DNA from: Octopus sinensis
Taxonomy: Eukaryota
Direction: 5' to 3'
Assembly (NCBI RefSeq): GCF_006345805.1
Contig: NC_042997.1
Location: 86,986,001-87,050,000, forward strand
DNA: 64,000 nt
Below are positions 46,918 through 62,515 of the stretch, in pieces. Position 1 is the stretch's first letter, and each line of letters begins with the position of its first letter. The notes below the pieces were generated by a model. That model did no database searches, was not told the origin of the DNA, and worked only from the letters and a program-made list of their open reading frames with translations. Position numbers and translations under genes: made by a program.

Positions 46918-47404
46918 CTGTAAAATGACAGTCAATCGTTTCTGTTCTGTTTTTTTAAACCTTAGCATTTCTTGAGTACTTTTGTGAAAAAGCATGCACG
47001 TTTCGTTGAATTGAATGACAATAGATATAAATGAAAACATATGCTCTGGGCACAAATCTTGTCAATTCTGAATCAATTCATTCCCGTTATTTACCTTTTC
47101 AGCAAGTTATGTTATTAAACGCTAAAAGATTACGTGACTTTTTGTTCTAGACAACAATAAGGTCAGTTGTGTTTGTACTTGGTAGGGATGCGTGTCTTAT
47201 AAAATTCTTCAGTCAATATTATTTGAAAATACGTAGTACAATCTATGTGATGCCAATGTGTGCAGGTGTGTATGTGTGTGTGTGTGTATGTGTGAATGTA
47301 TAGATGTACGTACGTATGTATGTATGTGTGTATATAGGTGTATCACTTTCTCATTATTTATCTATCTATCTATCTATCTATAAATATGTATGTATATATT
47401 TATA

Positions 47405-47535
47405 CATCCAGTCACAAGGCTTTGATCGGCCCGAGGCTATTATAAAAAAAAAACACCGAAGGTGCTACGCAGTAGGACTGAACCCGGAACCATGTGGTTG
47501 GGAAGTAAGCTTCTTACCACACAGCCACGCCTGCG
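47405..47535 (-). mobile_element. Family E SINE head
   Basis: CACAAGGCTTTGATCGGCCCGAGGCTAT..GGACTGAACCCGGAACCATGTGG..CTTACCACACAGCCA. Confidence 0.82.
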
Positions 47536-47966
47536 TCTACACACACACACTCACACACTCACACACATATGTATATATAAGTTCAACCAAACATGATCTT
47601 TCTTTATCGGCCTGACCGCCGCCCGTACAACACCTTATTTTCCTGTCTCCTGACTTTCATCAACGTTTTTGCCTCAAACCTTTCACTCCACAAGCCAGTT
47701 TAACTTAATTTGTCCTTATTCCTTATTAGTCGAAAGTCACCTGTTGTTATTCTCTTGTTGTTTGTATTTGTAATCGTGTAACACTTTCTCCGTTTTCTCG
47801 TTTTTTGTCTGTGTTGTCGTACACATCTGCTTGCTTTCTTCCAAACATTTAATGCTCTTAGCTTAGATTTTTGGGGCCTACCAATTTTGAACAGGCCCAA
47901 GTGATTGCATCGTTTATCTGTCCTTATGTTTTTATTGTTGTCCGTTACGTTCTTATACTGTTTTTT

Positions 47967-48023
<57 letters not shown>

Positions 48024-48105
48024 TGATAATTATATATTGATAACAAGGAAAATGAAGAATTTGAAAAGTCAAACTTTATGTTTATTTACAGCTGGTTTAT
48101 ACATA

Positions 48106-48452
48106 ATAATTGTCCGACACGTGTTTCGATTGCATTAATTGCATATTTTTACATATTTATATGCAGCGATTTATGCATTATTTGCACGATGTCTTCAGGG
48201 TGTATGAATATTATATTGTTCGAAGAGGAATTTTCCTCCGTTATTAGTTTGACCTAGGCTTGTTAGCAGCAGTAGTGCTGCTGAATTTTACCCAAACAAT
48301 CAGTTTACTGCTACTGTTACCAAGCCTAAGTCAAACTAATAACGAAGGAAAATACCTCTTCGAACAAGATTATACTAATAATGCATAAATCGCTGCATAT
48401 AAATATGCAATAATATGCAATTAATGCGACCGAAACACGTGTCGGACAATTA
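48106..48452. repeat. ~350-bp palindrome (arms 48106-48275 / 48308-48452) containing hammerhead-like halves
   Basis: The arms are complementary apart from a ~24-nt indel. The minus strand of the left arm reads CTGAAGA...GAAACACGTGTC-GGACAA. Confidence 0.92.
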
Positions 48453-48831
48453 TCTCTATATAAACGGTAGTTTGTCTGTCTGCGTGTCTGTGTGTCTGTT
48501 AGGTTGTATCCTCACCCTGACCACGGCTTTCAACCGATTCTGATGAAACTTGACACACACATAGCCCAATGTCATAATTCAAAACTAACGCAGCGAAAAT
48601 TTTGAAAAGTTCCCCCAGTTCTGAAATAAATCGATAAATTCGACATGGGGTCGAGAATCAGAAACACAAACCACAGACTGTCTAGGGGACGCAACTCGAC
48701 CTTTTTAACTCTCAAAAAAATTTACCATAATTTTTTTTCCATTTATTTGCTATTTTTTGGCTATAACTCTCTAAAAATGCTTTATAGTTATTTCCCTTAC
48801 AAACCCGAGCAACACCGGGCGATACTGCTAG
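48453..48831 (+). mobile_element. Non-autonomous Helitron-like element
   Basis: A|TC 5' end, short TGTC repeat, subterminal hairpin CCCG..CGGG (48804-48819), CTAG|T 3' end, no TSD. Confidence 0.75.
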
Positions 48832-49651
48832 TTATGAATATACCAACTGTAAATATGCATTTTCCATATATAACCATAAGTATGTATGTACCTATATATG
48901 TGTACATGAATGTGCGCGTGTGTAACAATGTGTATGTATGTATTTATGTATGTATGTGTGTATGCATGTTTATAGCTATTCGTGTATCTATGTATTTATA
49001 TGAGTGAAAGTATGTATGTATGTATGTATGTATGTATGTATGTATGTATGTATGTATGTATGTATGTATGTATGTATGTGATTATTCAGTTTTATTTCAA
49101 GATTTCTTGTCAATAGAGAAAAAACTGATTTCTAACCTAGATCTAAGGTTTCTTCATTGGAATTCCAACATCAGAATGGTATTTTTGCACGTATGTGTTA
49201 TATGCGCAGTATTTGCAATATTTGGTATCAGTGCCTGTGCAGATTTGTATGTTTTGTTTGTTTGTGTATGTATGTATGTATGTATGTATGTATGTATGTA
49301 TGTATGTATGTATGTACGTATGTATGGGCGCTGCATAGTATAGCACAGATTCGACTCGATCCCGCTGCTTTGTATCTTACACTAGACTGGGTTGAATCCA
49401 AGACTTATGCGTGGAATTGTGTTGACGGAAACTGCATGGAAGCCTGCTGAATACATTATACCAATAATTTATATGTTCAACATTGTCACAGATTATGTCA
49501 CGCTGATTCTATCTGAGGAATACTTTAAGATTACATGCGTCTTTGGAATACTCAGCCACTTGTACAGGGCCGCGTAGCAGCGTTATAGACACTGCCGTTC
49601 CGGATAAATCAATACATTGGACTCTATAATATTTATTTATTGTCCAGGACA

Positions 49652-49860
49652 GCTAGATTGTAGAATCATTAGCAAGCTGGGCAAAATGCATAACGGTTTT
49701 TCGTCCGTCTTTACGTTCTGAGTTCAAATTCCGTCGATTGTGGCTCTCATCCTTTTGGGGTTGATGAAATAAGTATCAGTTGAGGAGTGGGATCGATGTA
49801 ATCAACTTACCCTTATCCCAAAATTACTGGCCTTTGTGCCAAAATTTGAAGCCAATATTT
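49652..49860 (+). mobile_element. Family D SINE
   Basis: AGAATCATTAGC..TTTACGTTCTGAGTTCAAATTCCG..GATCGATGTAATCAAC..GTGCCAAAATTTGAA. Confidence 0.82.
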
Positions 49861-50089
49861 ATTTGTCAGTATGCTACAACATAAATCAATCAGAAACGGG
49901 GCCCTAAGACCCGTAAGGCTCCCGGGCAACTGCTCAGTGTGACCAAAAAACTCGTTCTCAACATTTTAATTTTCTCCCTCTCTACCCCAGTTTTTTCATT
50001 TTTTTACTTTTTTCCATTTTTTTTTTTTTTGGTAATCTAGGGAGAAAAAAAAAGCAGTGTACGAATCTTTAAGAATTTTCTTCTTCCTT

Positions 50090-50422
50090 TTTTCTTAAAG
50101 AAACACAAGAATCTCCTTCCCAAACATCCACCCATCACCTCACCACTTTCAAAAAGCTACAAACTCCCAATGTTTCACTTTTAGCTTTGTGGAAAGCGAG
50201 GAAGTTTCTTCAGAAATAATGTCGTTTATCTGTTGTTTCTAGTATGTCGGGTTTTCTGGTGGTCGTCTGGTATTTTTCACGTTTGCTATTGAAGTACAAT
50301 TCTATGCTTATGTGAAACATCAGACGAAAGTGAAGCATTGGGAAATTTTAGCTTTTTGAAATCGGGTAGGTGATGGGTGGGCGAGGTGGGGAAAGGGGTA
50401 TTGAGTGTTCCTTTAAGAAAAA
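50090..50422. repeat. Degenerate ~95-bp inverted repeat (MITE-like)
   Basis: CCACCCATCACCT..TTCAAAAAGCTA..CCCAATGTTTCACTTT versus AAAGTGAAGCATTGGG..TAGCTTTTTGAA..AGGTGATGGGTGG. Confidence 0.7.
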
Positions 50423-50787
50423 TACATGTTTCCCAGATTCGCAATATCTGTATTTTTTTGCGTGGATTTTAAAAAAAGTTCGAAAAAGAGTTACAAATCA
50501 AATTGCGATGGGGATGGGGGGGGGGGGATAAAAATTTTCAAAACGTGATTTCTGGGCAAAATCGTATTAACCCCCTTTTATACGATGAAGCAATACATAG
50601 TTTGTGATCCTTCTCAAGAACAGAAAGCACTTTCATGTAAACCCATGCAAATTGTCCCCTAACCACTTCACTTTTAAACAAACAATAACTTCCATTACGC
50701 CAGTGATCCAGTTCATTATATATCAGCTGTGCCGATTTTTCCCATAAGAAAGGAACAAATAATACAATGTAGCTGTAGATCATAACA

Positions 50788-50815
50788 CCCAGGTAACGCC
50801 GGGATGCATTGCTTG
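50788..50815 (+). mobile_element. Helitron-like 3' terminus (degenerate)
   Basis: CCCAGGTAACGCCGGG..TGCTTGT resembles 48804-48832. Confidence 0.45.
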
Positions 50816-51302
50816 TGTGTGTGTGTGTACATACACTATATATTATCAGACGCACCAGCTATAGCAAACTTTAAACAATACGTTGGGGTGTGCTGTGTTT
50901 TCTTTTCTTCTAATTTATTGCCCCCAAACTATAATCAGTTGTTGACAGCTTTCCATATTCGATCGCTAATGTTGATTTGGTAGTTAAAAATGAGAGTTAA
51001 AAGAGATTGACAGTTGAATTTCTTTTCTATAATGAAGAAAAGAAAACCTGCTGTTGAAGTTGACTATTGACTTTTGAGAGGTAAAACTTCATTAGATTTC
51101 AAAATCTATTATTTTTAGAACGATATTTATCTATGTACGTTTGTTTTTGTCTACCACATGCCGCTTTGATTCTTAGCTACCTGGTTACGAAAGTAATTTA
51201 TAACTATATCTTTCTCCCGGTTTGCGAATCTATATCTTCCAAATTTTCAAGTGATTCTGATATCGATCTGAGAACTACAAAATTAATTGTTTGAGTCAAG
51301 CT

Positions 51303-51530
51303 TCTTTTATCTTATCTTTTTTTTTTTCAGTCATTAGACTGCGGTTATGCTGGGGTACCGCCTTGAAGAATGTATCGAACCCAGCACTTATTTTTTTAAA
51401 GCCAGGTACTTATTCTATCAGTCCATTTAACTGAACCGCTAAGTGACGGGGACATAAGCACACCAATACTAGTTGTCAAGCGGTGGTGGTGGTGATGTGG
51501 GGAGCAAATATAAACACAGAGAGACACACA
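51303..51530 (-). mobile_element. Family E SINE tail
   Basis: TTTCAGTCATTAGACTGCGG..GGTACTTATTCTATC..CCGCTAAGTGACGGGGAC..GTTGTCAAGCG. Confidence 0.85.
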
Positions 51531-51572
51531 TACGCGTGTGCGCGAACACCAATAAACACACACTCACAGACG

Positions 51573-51638
<66 letters not shown>

Positions 51639-51711
51639 AATTCAAGGTGAATACTTGATAACTGTAAGCACCTGTATATGCCAGTTAGTGGTGTAGGTGA
51701 TAGGGTATATT

Positions 51712-52038
51712 TATCAAAAGAAAAACAGGATGCAAAGGATTTAGACACCAAAACAAAAACAAAACGTCCATACCGTTTTTCACTCGATATAGAATGAGGA
51801 GGTTGGTGTCTCGCTCTGCTGTATACGACAATGAGGATTTGCATCCCCAACGAAACCCGTCTTTTTCCCAAACTTCTCAAGCCTGCTATAATGTAATACA
51901 TGTCTTTGGTGTGGCAAATGTGCGCAGCTGAGGAAGGGTATTGACATACATGTTACATCAATTATGCATTGGTATAAACTGTCCAATAAAGCCAGAAACA
52001 TATGTACTGCTAGATCCTTTGCATCCTGTTTTTTCTTT

Positions 52039-52043
<5 letters not shown>
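51712..52043. repeat. Fold-back element with ~33-bp inverted arms
   Basis: TATCAAAAGAAAAACAGGATGCAAAGGATTTAG versus CTAGATCCTTTGCATCCTGTTTTTTCTTTTGATA. Confidence 0.92.
51924..52010 (+). ncRNA. Type I hammerhead motif with long stem II, inside the fold-back
   Basis: GCAG-CTGAGGA-A-GG..TATTG..CAATA..CC-A-GAAA-CATATG-TA-CTGC. Palindromic ACATATGT; GUA cleavage after 52006. Confidence 0.65.
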
Positions 52044-52111
<68 letters not shown>

Positions 52112-52294
52112 TGAGATAACTAGTTAGCAGAGTTTCACCAAAAGGGAAAATAAATGTCATTAAATATGACCGAGGGTGTTAGAACACCTACACTGCTAGA
52201 AATAAAAGCTAAAGGACTCTATTGTTGCTGTCAGCGCATATATAATTGTATACCTACTTGCCGGCAGCGACAGTAGATGGTAAAGGAAACACAT

Positions 52295-53418
52295 GACACT
52301 ACCACATTTATTCGATATGACCACCTCTGTTTGGAACCCAGGTGCAAATGCTTCACACGCGAACCGCAGCTGTTCTTGCAGAATCAAAGCCCATTCCTGG
52401 CGCAATTTTGCCTTCAGAGCGTCGAGCGAAGCATATGGAGTGCTCGAGATCCTCGTTTCCAAAACAGACCAAACAGAAAAAATTCAACGGGTTGAGATCG
52501 GAGCTTCTTGACGGCATACATCCTTGCCAATGAACAACGGAATGATTTTCTAAATCCAGTGTTCTGTCTGTTTAGGGCTGTGGGATAGTACCGAGTCCTG
52601 TTAGAGATTACAAGGTGCGCTTTGAAAGTGCTCATTCGACCATGGAAAGCAATTCATCTTCCAGAACGTCGCTAATGTATCACTGGGTAATGGTTTTAAC
52701 ATACGAGGGCACAAAAACGAGGTGAGACCTTCCAGTGACTGTCACAGACGCCCAAACCATAACTGATTGTGGATTTTGAGGTTCATTTACGAGTCTACCC
52801 TCGACGGAGCTAGATACACTCCAAAGTCGGTCATTCGGATAGTTTACTGCCTGTTCGATGTCAAATTTCTTTTCATCAGTGAACATCAGGTTGGGCGGCA
52901 TGCCTTTAATAATCTGATGCAGGATAGACGACTTCTCTCCAGTCTCATGTCCTAATAAACTTGCATGAGCTCTTGGAGGGGTGGATCCTGAAATCCTCCT
53001 TCAGCACTCGATACATCGATATTCGGCTTATTTTTGCTGTGGCAGCCAGTTTCCTGACGGAACGACGAGGATTTCGCCATATCTTTCCTCTGGTACTTTT
53101 GATAAACTGAGGGGTCCACACACTTCTTTTTTGGTGGAACCAGTCTCTTGAAATTTCTTGACAATTTTCCAGGCTGTTGTTCGCTTAATTCTAAGTCTCT
53201 TTGCTATAGCTGTATTATTTTCGTCTCCTTTGTGGAGGGTTATGATTGTATTTCGGTCTATAGCCATTATCTACTTAATAAATCTGAATTTATTTAGTCT
53301 GAAACAAAAAGAAGACACACTCGACTTTTATAATGATGCATAATTTTCATATCTTATCACATATTTTGATGGTTAATAAAGCCCGAAACTTCGGTTGCCT
53401 TAATTTCGGGACACCCTA
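52295..53418 (-). mobile_element. Tc1/mariner-superfamily transposon relic, maT/DD37D-like
   Basis: MAIDRNTIITLH (HTH), FTDEKKFDIE..NDR, SVMVWA, SDLNPLNF; one terminus TA|TAGGGTGTCCCGAAA at 53418. Frameshifted; DD37D spacing not counted. Confidence 0.85.
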
Positions 53419-53447
53419 TATATATATATATATATATACATATGACT

Positions 53448-53605
53448 TGCTTCTTTCAGTTTCCATCTACCAAATCTACTCACAAGGCTTTGGTCGGCCC
53501 GAGTCAATAGTAGAAGATACTTGCCCAAGGCGCAACGTAGTGAGACTGGACCTGAAATCATGCGGTTTGGAAGCAAGATTCTTACCACACAGTTATGCCT
53601 GCACC
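53448..53605 (-). mobile_element. Family E SINE head
   Basis: GCTTCTTTCAGTTTCCATCTACCAAATC..CACAAGGCTTTGGTCGGCCCGAG..ACTTGCCCAAGG. Confidence 0.85.
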
Positions 53606-56580
53606 AACTTCTTACCACACAACCAACGAAATAAAACCAGCATCCTCGATTCCACAAAACACTTATCCAGTCAAATCTTCTCTACTTAATACCATACATG
53701 TACTTAATAGAGAAGTGAAGGTAGTAAGTAGAATTGGTTGGCCAGTAATAGATTGTCTCAGTATGATAATGTGCGGTTAGGTGAAGCAGTGACTGATATC
53801 GAGTTTTTGAGGCTTCATCGGAACAAATTGCATCCATCCGAAACACTGGTTCCCTTATATAAGGCTGGAACTGGATTTGGATCAAATTAAATATTTGAGT
53901 AGAGATATCATTATTGATAAAATGGTTATGTTCGATTGTTGTGAATTGTTGTTCTTTTGTATAGTTAGTGCACGTAAATTTACACACACTCATACATACT
54001 TGGAATTTAAATAAAAATCTAGAACTGCATCAATGGATTTCTGTTGGTTTCTTTACTTGTAAAAAGTTACTTTACTCGTAAACATTACTGACAATCTCAC
54101 ATCAATCTTTCCAGAAATGTTAGTAAGATGCCAGTCACATTTATTAGGTGAATAATTAGTGGTTAAGAAACCACTATGAAACCATTAGTACTAGGTTCCA
54201 TTTCCGTTAGCGACCAAGTCATTATTAACGTACATGTATGTATGTATGTATGTATGTATGTATGTATGTATGTATGTATGTATGTATGTATGTATGTATG
54301 TATGTATGTATGTATGTATGTATGTGTGTATGTATGCATGTATCTGTAATTATCAATTTCTCATTATTTTTTCACTTCCTGTTTGAAACCATTAGATTTC
54401 GTGTATTGCATCACCATTTTGTACTCTTGCGTCAACTTTAGGAGTAAACATTAGCCACCATAGTTGTTGTAGTTGAGAGAGTTTGAAACATAGTCAGGTA
54501 ATAGGTCCTTTTTCAAGAAATGCTTTTACAACTTTGACCCAATTGTAATTGAGGTTGCTAATAAGATATCAGGATAATTTTTGGTGTTTAACAACCAATG
54601 TTCTTTTCTCTGTTGAACTGTACATCAATTTGTTTCCTACATTAATGTCCAATTTGATAATTTTCAATTTTCAAAAAATGATGTCTAAATTGGAGAAAAT
54701 GAGTAATGACTAATTTCAGTAATTTCTTCTTTTTAACTACACGGTGCATAGATGTACCAGGAAAAGAGCCAGATGGAGTTCTACTTCAAGCACCCCATAT
54801 ACCCCTTCATAACTTTTTTTATTTTTTGGAATTTTCATAATATTTTTGCGAATTTATATTCTACACACAGGAATTCATACGACTGTGAAACAAAAATTAC
54901 GTGCGTGATTTAAAGGCTATTTAGCTGTTATCTTTAGCAGATCTCACGACCACCTGATACCTACCTCGTTTGTTTGCCACGGTGAAATATCGATGTTTTT
55001 CAATACCTTTCTCCCCATGAACATATTTAAAGTTCTATCGCCGGAGTTTAAATCAAAAATTCGGATTGTCCGTATTTTAAACTGTGATTTAAAAAGAAAA
55101 AATTCAAAATATTTTTTAAATAATTTTTTTTAAATTTCGAAAAATTAAAAACAAATATTCTTTTTTTCATAGTCGCGTGTGTTTCCGCTTGAAGAAATTT
55201 TTTGAAAATTCCAAAAGGTAAAAGAAGTTATGACTTGCTTCAACCAGAATTCTGCCGAAAGCCACTCCAGCACATTGTGAAGAAGCTATAGAGTGTATTT
55301 TATGTGGAGTTTTTTTAATATTTAGATGGGTTTCGTTAATTTCGTATCGTGCCATTTATCCATGGTTTTCTTTCATTTGACCTAGATATTTAACATTTTT
55401 TGTTGAATTTCTGATCTTTGCGATGCCTAAGAATGGACATTGATGCATATGAGGTATTTTCCTTTTCTTTTTCTTTTTTTTTTTTTGCAAATGTAACTCT
55501 GGAGAATTAAAGAGGCATTTATTTTATCTTGTCTTACTCATTTTGCCCCGTCCAAATTTATCTTTTATATGCTCAAAGAGAATGGACATAAGTTTCTGAA
55601 ATAGTGTTCTGAATCTGTTATAGTGTTTTACACTATAACAGTGTAAAACACTATAATGCATTTAGAGGACGTCATTTGCTTAGCTGATATAATTTCTGTT
55701 TGCTAATGAACATATGCGAAAAATAAATTTTATTCTCAAAGTCATAAATACAGTAAATATTACTCATTGTGCCCCACTAACCCTTACTGGATACTGGAAA
55801 AGCAGACTTTCGGAATAATTGTCCCATATATATTGGAATTCCCTCATTTTTATCAGGATTTTTCCTTTTTTCATGCATTACAAAACATTAAAGAGAAGAT
55901 TTTTTTAAAACAAAAATTTTAAAATCCATGTCTTTTAAAATTGTTTGCCTACCCTTCCCCCAACTCCACGCACACACAACGTACCTTTAGAACAGCAGCA
56001 ACCACTAAAATATATTTTTCGTTTTCGTTAATTTCTGTCATTTTATCGTTTTCTACATTCTGAAACATTTGTAACTCGCACTAGAGAAAAAAATTCTTAT
56101 CCCCACTTCACTCCTTCATTGTACTTTTCACAGTCAAACGCTTGAAGTGGATGTGTGAGAAAAACGTTCAGCATTTTCAGTCGTTTATTTAAACTTTCTC
56201 TGCTAACTCGTCAAATTCAATTACATGCAATAGATGCGTTTCGAGATTTAAATTTGCTAATTTTCCAAGATTTTAATTTTTGCATATTAGAGGACCACCG
56301 AATTTGAAGTTCCTCATGCTCCCCATGCTTTAAATCTGGTCCTGGCAACTGTTTATGCTGTTAATTAGGTTTTGTATCAACCTTCCTCACGTTTTTTTTC
56401 TTCGTTTTCTTATGTACCAGTATCGTGGTTTTCATATGGGACTATGTGCACTGAACCTGAAAGATTGCTTGTGGACAAAATCTGTGGATAAATCTGCCAA
56501 CCCATCGTGTTTCCATGGTATGAAACTATCAGTAGCTCTTATTTTAACTCTTTGTACGTTAAATTATACATGTATGTACG

Positions 56581-57431
56581 TACACGGTGCATTCAAAGAA
56601 TTTTGAAACTTTTTTCAGGAGAGACAATTATCAATCTCAAAGAAATTCAAAACACTAATCTCCTTCAAACTAGAATTCTGTAGCTTCAATAACCTTTTAG
56701 CGCTGTTCAGCTACTTTGTGATGGCTCCTTGAAAGTCCTCCAAAGTACCCTTGTCACAGCCACCTTCATCTTCAGCTTGGGGAATAACCAAAAGTCACAG
56801 GGAGAAAAAATATCGATTGTAGGGAGAGTGAAGGATTGTGTTGATGCCCATCTATGTAAAGTAGTTGGTTAACAAGATAGAATTGTGGACTGGTGATTTG
56901 TCCTGGAGCTGGTGTTCAGGCCTTTTGCGACGAAATACCTTCCTGAACTCCTTCAAAAATTTCCACAAAGTACTCTTTGTTGAACCTCCGGCCAGAGAGA
57001 ACCCAATGGATGTTGATGATGCCTTCTCTCTCGAAAAAGGGATCACCATACGCTTCTCGGCTGACTTGTTTTGCCTAGTCTCTTGTGACAACGAAAAAGG
57101 GATGCTTGGCTCATACAAGATAATCCAAAAGCAGTCTTGAATATTTCATCAGATGCTGAAGCATTGTTTTACCCAGTTTAACGGAACACTGTATTTCATA
57201 GTGAGCTTACAAGTTGTCTTTACGTCTAGACTACATTCTGCAAACTTGTCAGCTGTAACAAGCAGTGTTTAATAGGGTGTGTTCAGAGTGATATTGCAGC
57301 TGTCGCCTTCAATCTGGAATAACAAGTTTGCAGGTAAGCTTAATATTGCATTGTAATGATATACTAAAAATTTAAAAAAAATCTAGCCCACTTATAACTG
57401 CGTCTCCTGAAGCTTCTAGAATGCACTTCGT
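56581..57431 (-). mobile_element. Internally deleted mariner relic with degenerate TIRs
   Basis: Minus strand FEREGIINIHWV..FNKEYFVEI and KEFRKVFRRKRPEH; ends TACACGGTGCATTCAAAG and CTAGAATGCACTTCGT. Confidence 0.75.
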
Positions 57432-57587
57432 CTTCGTGCATATATATATATATATATATATGGCTCATGATTATCATTGGCATATATTTTTATCTTATAT
57501 TAATTTTTCTATAAGATGTAATTTTTTCTAAATGGTATAATTTAATTTTTTCATTGTTGAATTCATAAAAGGTGTTTTTTTTTTCTA

Positions 57588-57639
<52 letters not shown>

Positions 57640-57756
57640 TTGTGAAATTTGATTTAGTATTTCTAAATTGAATTTTTCCCCGTAAGTTTGGAATAATATT
57701 CCCTCATATTATTATTATATATATATATGTATATATATAATATATATATATATATT

Positions 57757-60822
<3,066 letters not shown>

Positions 60823-60852
60823 TATATATATGCATATATATATATATATATA

Positions 60853-60883
<31 letters not shown>

Positions 60884-61071
60884 TATACATATGTATATAA
60901 ATACATATATGCATATATATATATGTGTGCATATATATGTGTATGCATATATATATATATGTATATATATACATGTAAATACATATATTTATGTATGTAT
61001 ATGTATGTAAGTATACGTATGCATGTATATGTATGTATTTATATGTATGTATACATATATATGTATATATA

Positions 61072-62106
61072 CAGGCTTTGAACAAAATAATGGAAACACC
61101 TTAAAATTTCAAACAAATTTATTTTGATATGAGGTAGGACCACCTTTGGCAGTAATTATAGCTTGAATTTTACGAGGAATGGACTTGTACAAAGGTTGTA
61201 TTGTTTCAAAAAGATTTTTTGTCCATTCTTCAGCTAAAACAGTCTCCAATTCTTGTAGTGATGATGGTAGAGGATAACGACTCTTTACTTGTTTTTCTAA
61301 AGTTCACCACAAATGTTCAATAATATTGAGATCTGGGGACTGTGGTGACCAGATAAGATGTTCAACTTCGTTAGAAGGTTCCTCGTGCCATTCAGTAACA
61401 ACTTTAGCTGTGTGAATTGGTACATTATCATCCTGAAAGATTGCGTTTCCCTCCGGAAACAGTTCCGCAACCATAGGATGAATTTGATCAGATAAAAGGC
61501 TTAAATAGTCTTAACTATTAATTCTGCCATGAAGGGGCCGGCGGATTTCCCAGACATAGCCTCCCCAGATCATCACAGATCCTCCTCCATGTTTAAGAGT
61601 TGGAAGAAAACAGTCAAGGTCAAATGCTTCTTTTGGCTGTCTCCACACGTATACTCGGCCGGTGGTCGGAAATTAGGCAATGGATGACTTGTACAAGAAA
61701 ATAACATTTTTCCACTACTCTAGGGACCAATTCTGAAAATGTTTACCCTACTCTAAACACTTTGCAACGTTTGTTTTTGAAATTAGTGGTTTTCTGATTG
61801 CAGTCCTCCCGTGAAATCCGGCTTTGTGCAGCTCTCGGCGAAAAGATTTTGTGGAAATTGGGTTCTCGGGGTGGCAATTAAGCTCTGCAGTCATTCTGGG
61901 AGCTGTATTTTTGTGATCCTTTCTAACAATTCACGTAAGAGTCCGACGGTCCCTATCTGAAAGTTTTGATTTTCTTCCAGAGTTTTGTTTCGTTGAGCAG
62001 GTTTTCCCTTCTTTCCCAAAGGCTGTCATTACTTTTGAGACAGTACTTCTTGACATACCAAACATTTCGGCTATTTTTATTACGCTAGCGCCTGCTATAC
62101 GAGCAC

Positions 62107-62110
<4 letters not shown>
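61072..62110 (-). mobile_element. Tc1 (DD34E-type) transposon relic
   Basis: SGRKSKLS, KHGGGSVMIWG, FQDDNVPIH, WSPQSPDLNIIEHLW; terminus TA|CAGGCTTTGAACAAAATAATGGAAACACC at 61072; the other end is replaced by (TA)n. Confidence 0.92.
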
Positions 62111-62195
<85 letters not shown>

Positions 62196-62235
62196 ATATG
62201 GATAAATACACACACACACACATATATATATATTA

Positions 62236-62515
62236 TAGCCTCGGGCCGACCAAAGTCTCATGAATGGATTTCGTACACGGAACTTGAAAGAAGACTGTTG
62301 TATATATGTATATATTTGTGTGTGTGTTTGTGTTTGTACCCACCCCTATTGCTTCACAACCGATGTTACAGTGTTTACGTTCCCATAACTTAGCGGTTCG
62401 GCAAAAGTCACTGACAGGATAAGTACTAGGCTCACAAAGAATAAATCCTGTGGTCGATTTGTTCGACCAACGTCTGTGCTCCAGCATGGCATCTGAAACA
62501 AGTAAAACAAAAAAA
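62236..62515 (+). mobile_element. Family E SINE, 5'-truncated
   Basis: TAGCCTCGGGCCGACCAAAG, internal microsatellite, CTTAGCGGTTCGGCAAAAG tail. Confidence 0.85.

Noticed and set aside
47095-47121. 27-nt minus-strand segment with good splice signals upstream of the candidate microexons
   Set aside because: Stop codons in all three frames, so it cannot extend the coding chain.
50183-50327. CTGAAGA on the minus strand within the spacer of the 50090-50422 inverted repeat
   Set aside because: No stem II, stem III or stem I pairing; treated as an ordinary MITE-like repeat.
51815-51865. AATGA-GGAT/ATCC..GAAACCCGTC as an alternative hammerhead in the fold-back
   Set aside because: The core lacks CTG, five extra bases precede GAAA and there is no stem I; the motif at 51924 fits far better.
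53790-53855. CCGATGAAG (minus strand) and CCGAAAC (plus strand) in a PLE-like tail region
   Set aside because: The two half-motifs are on opposite strands, and the minus-strand downstream element is GATA with no stem II.
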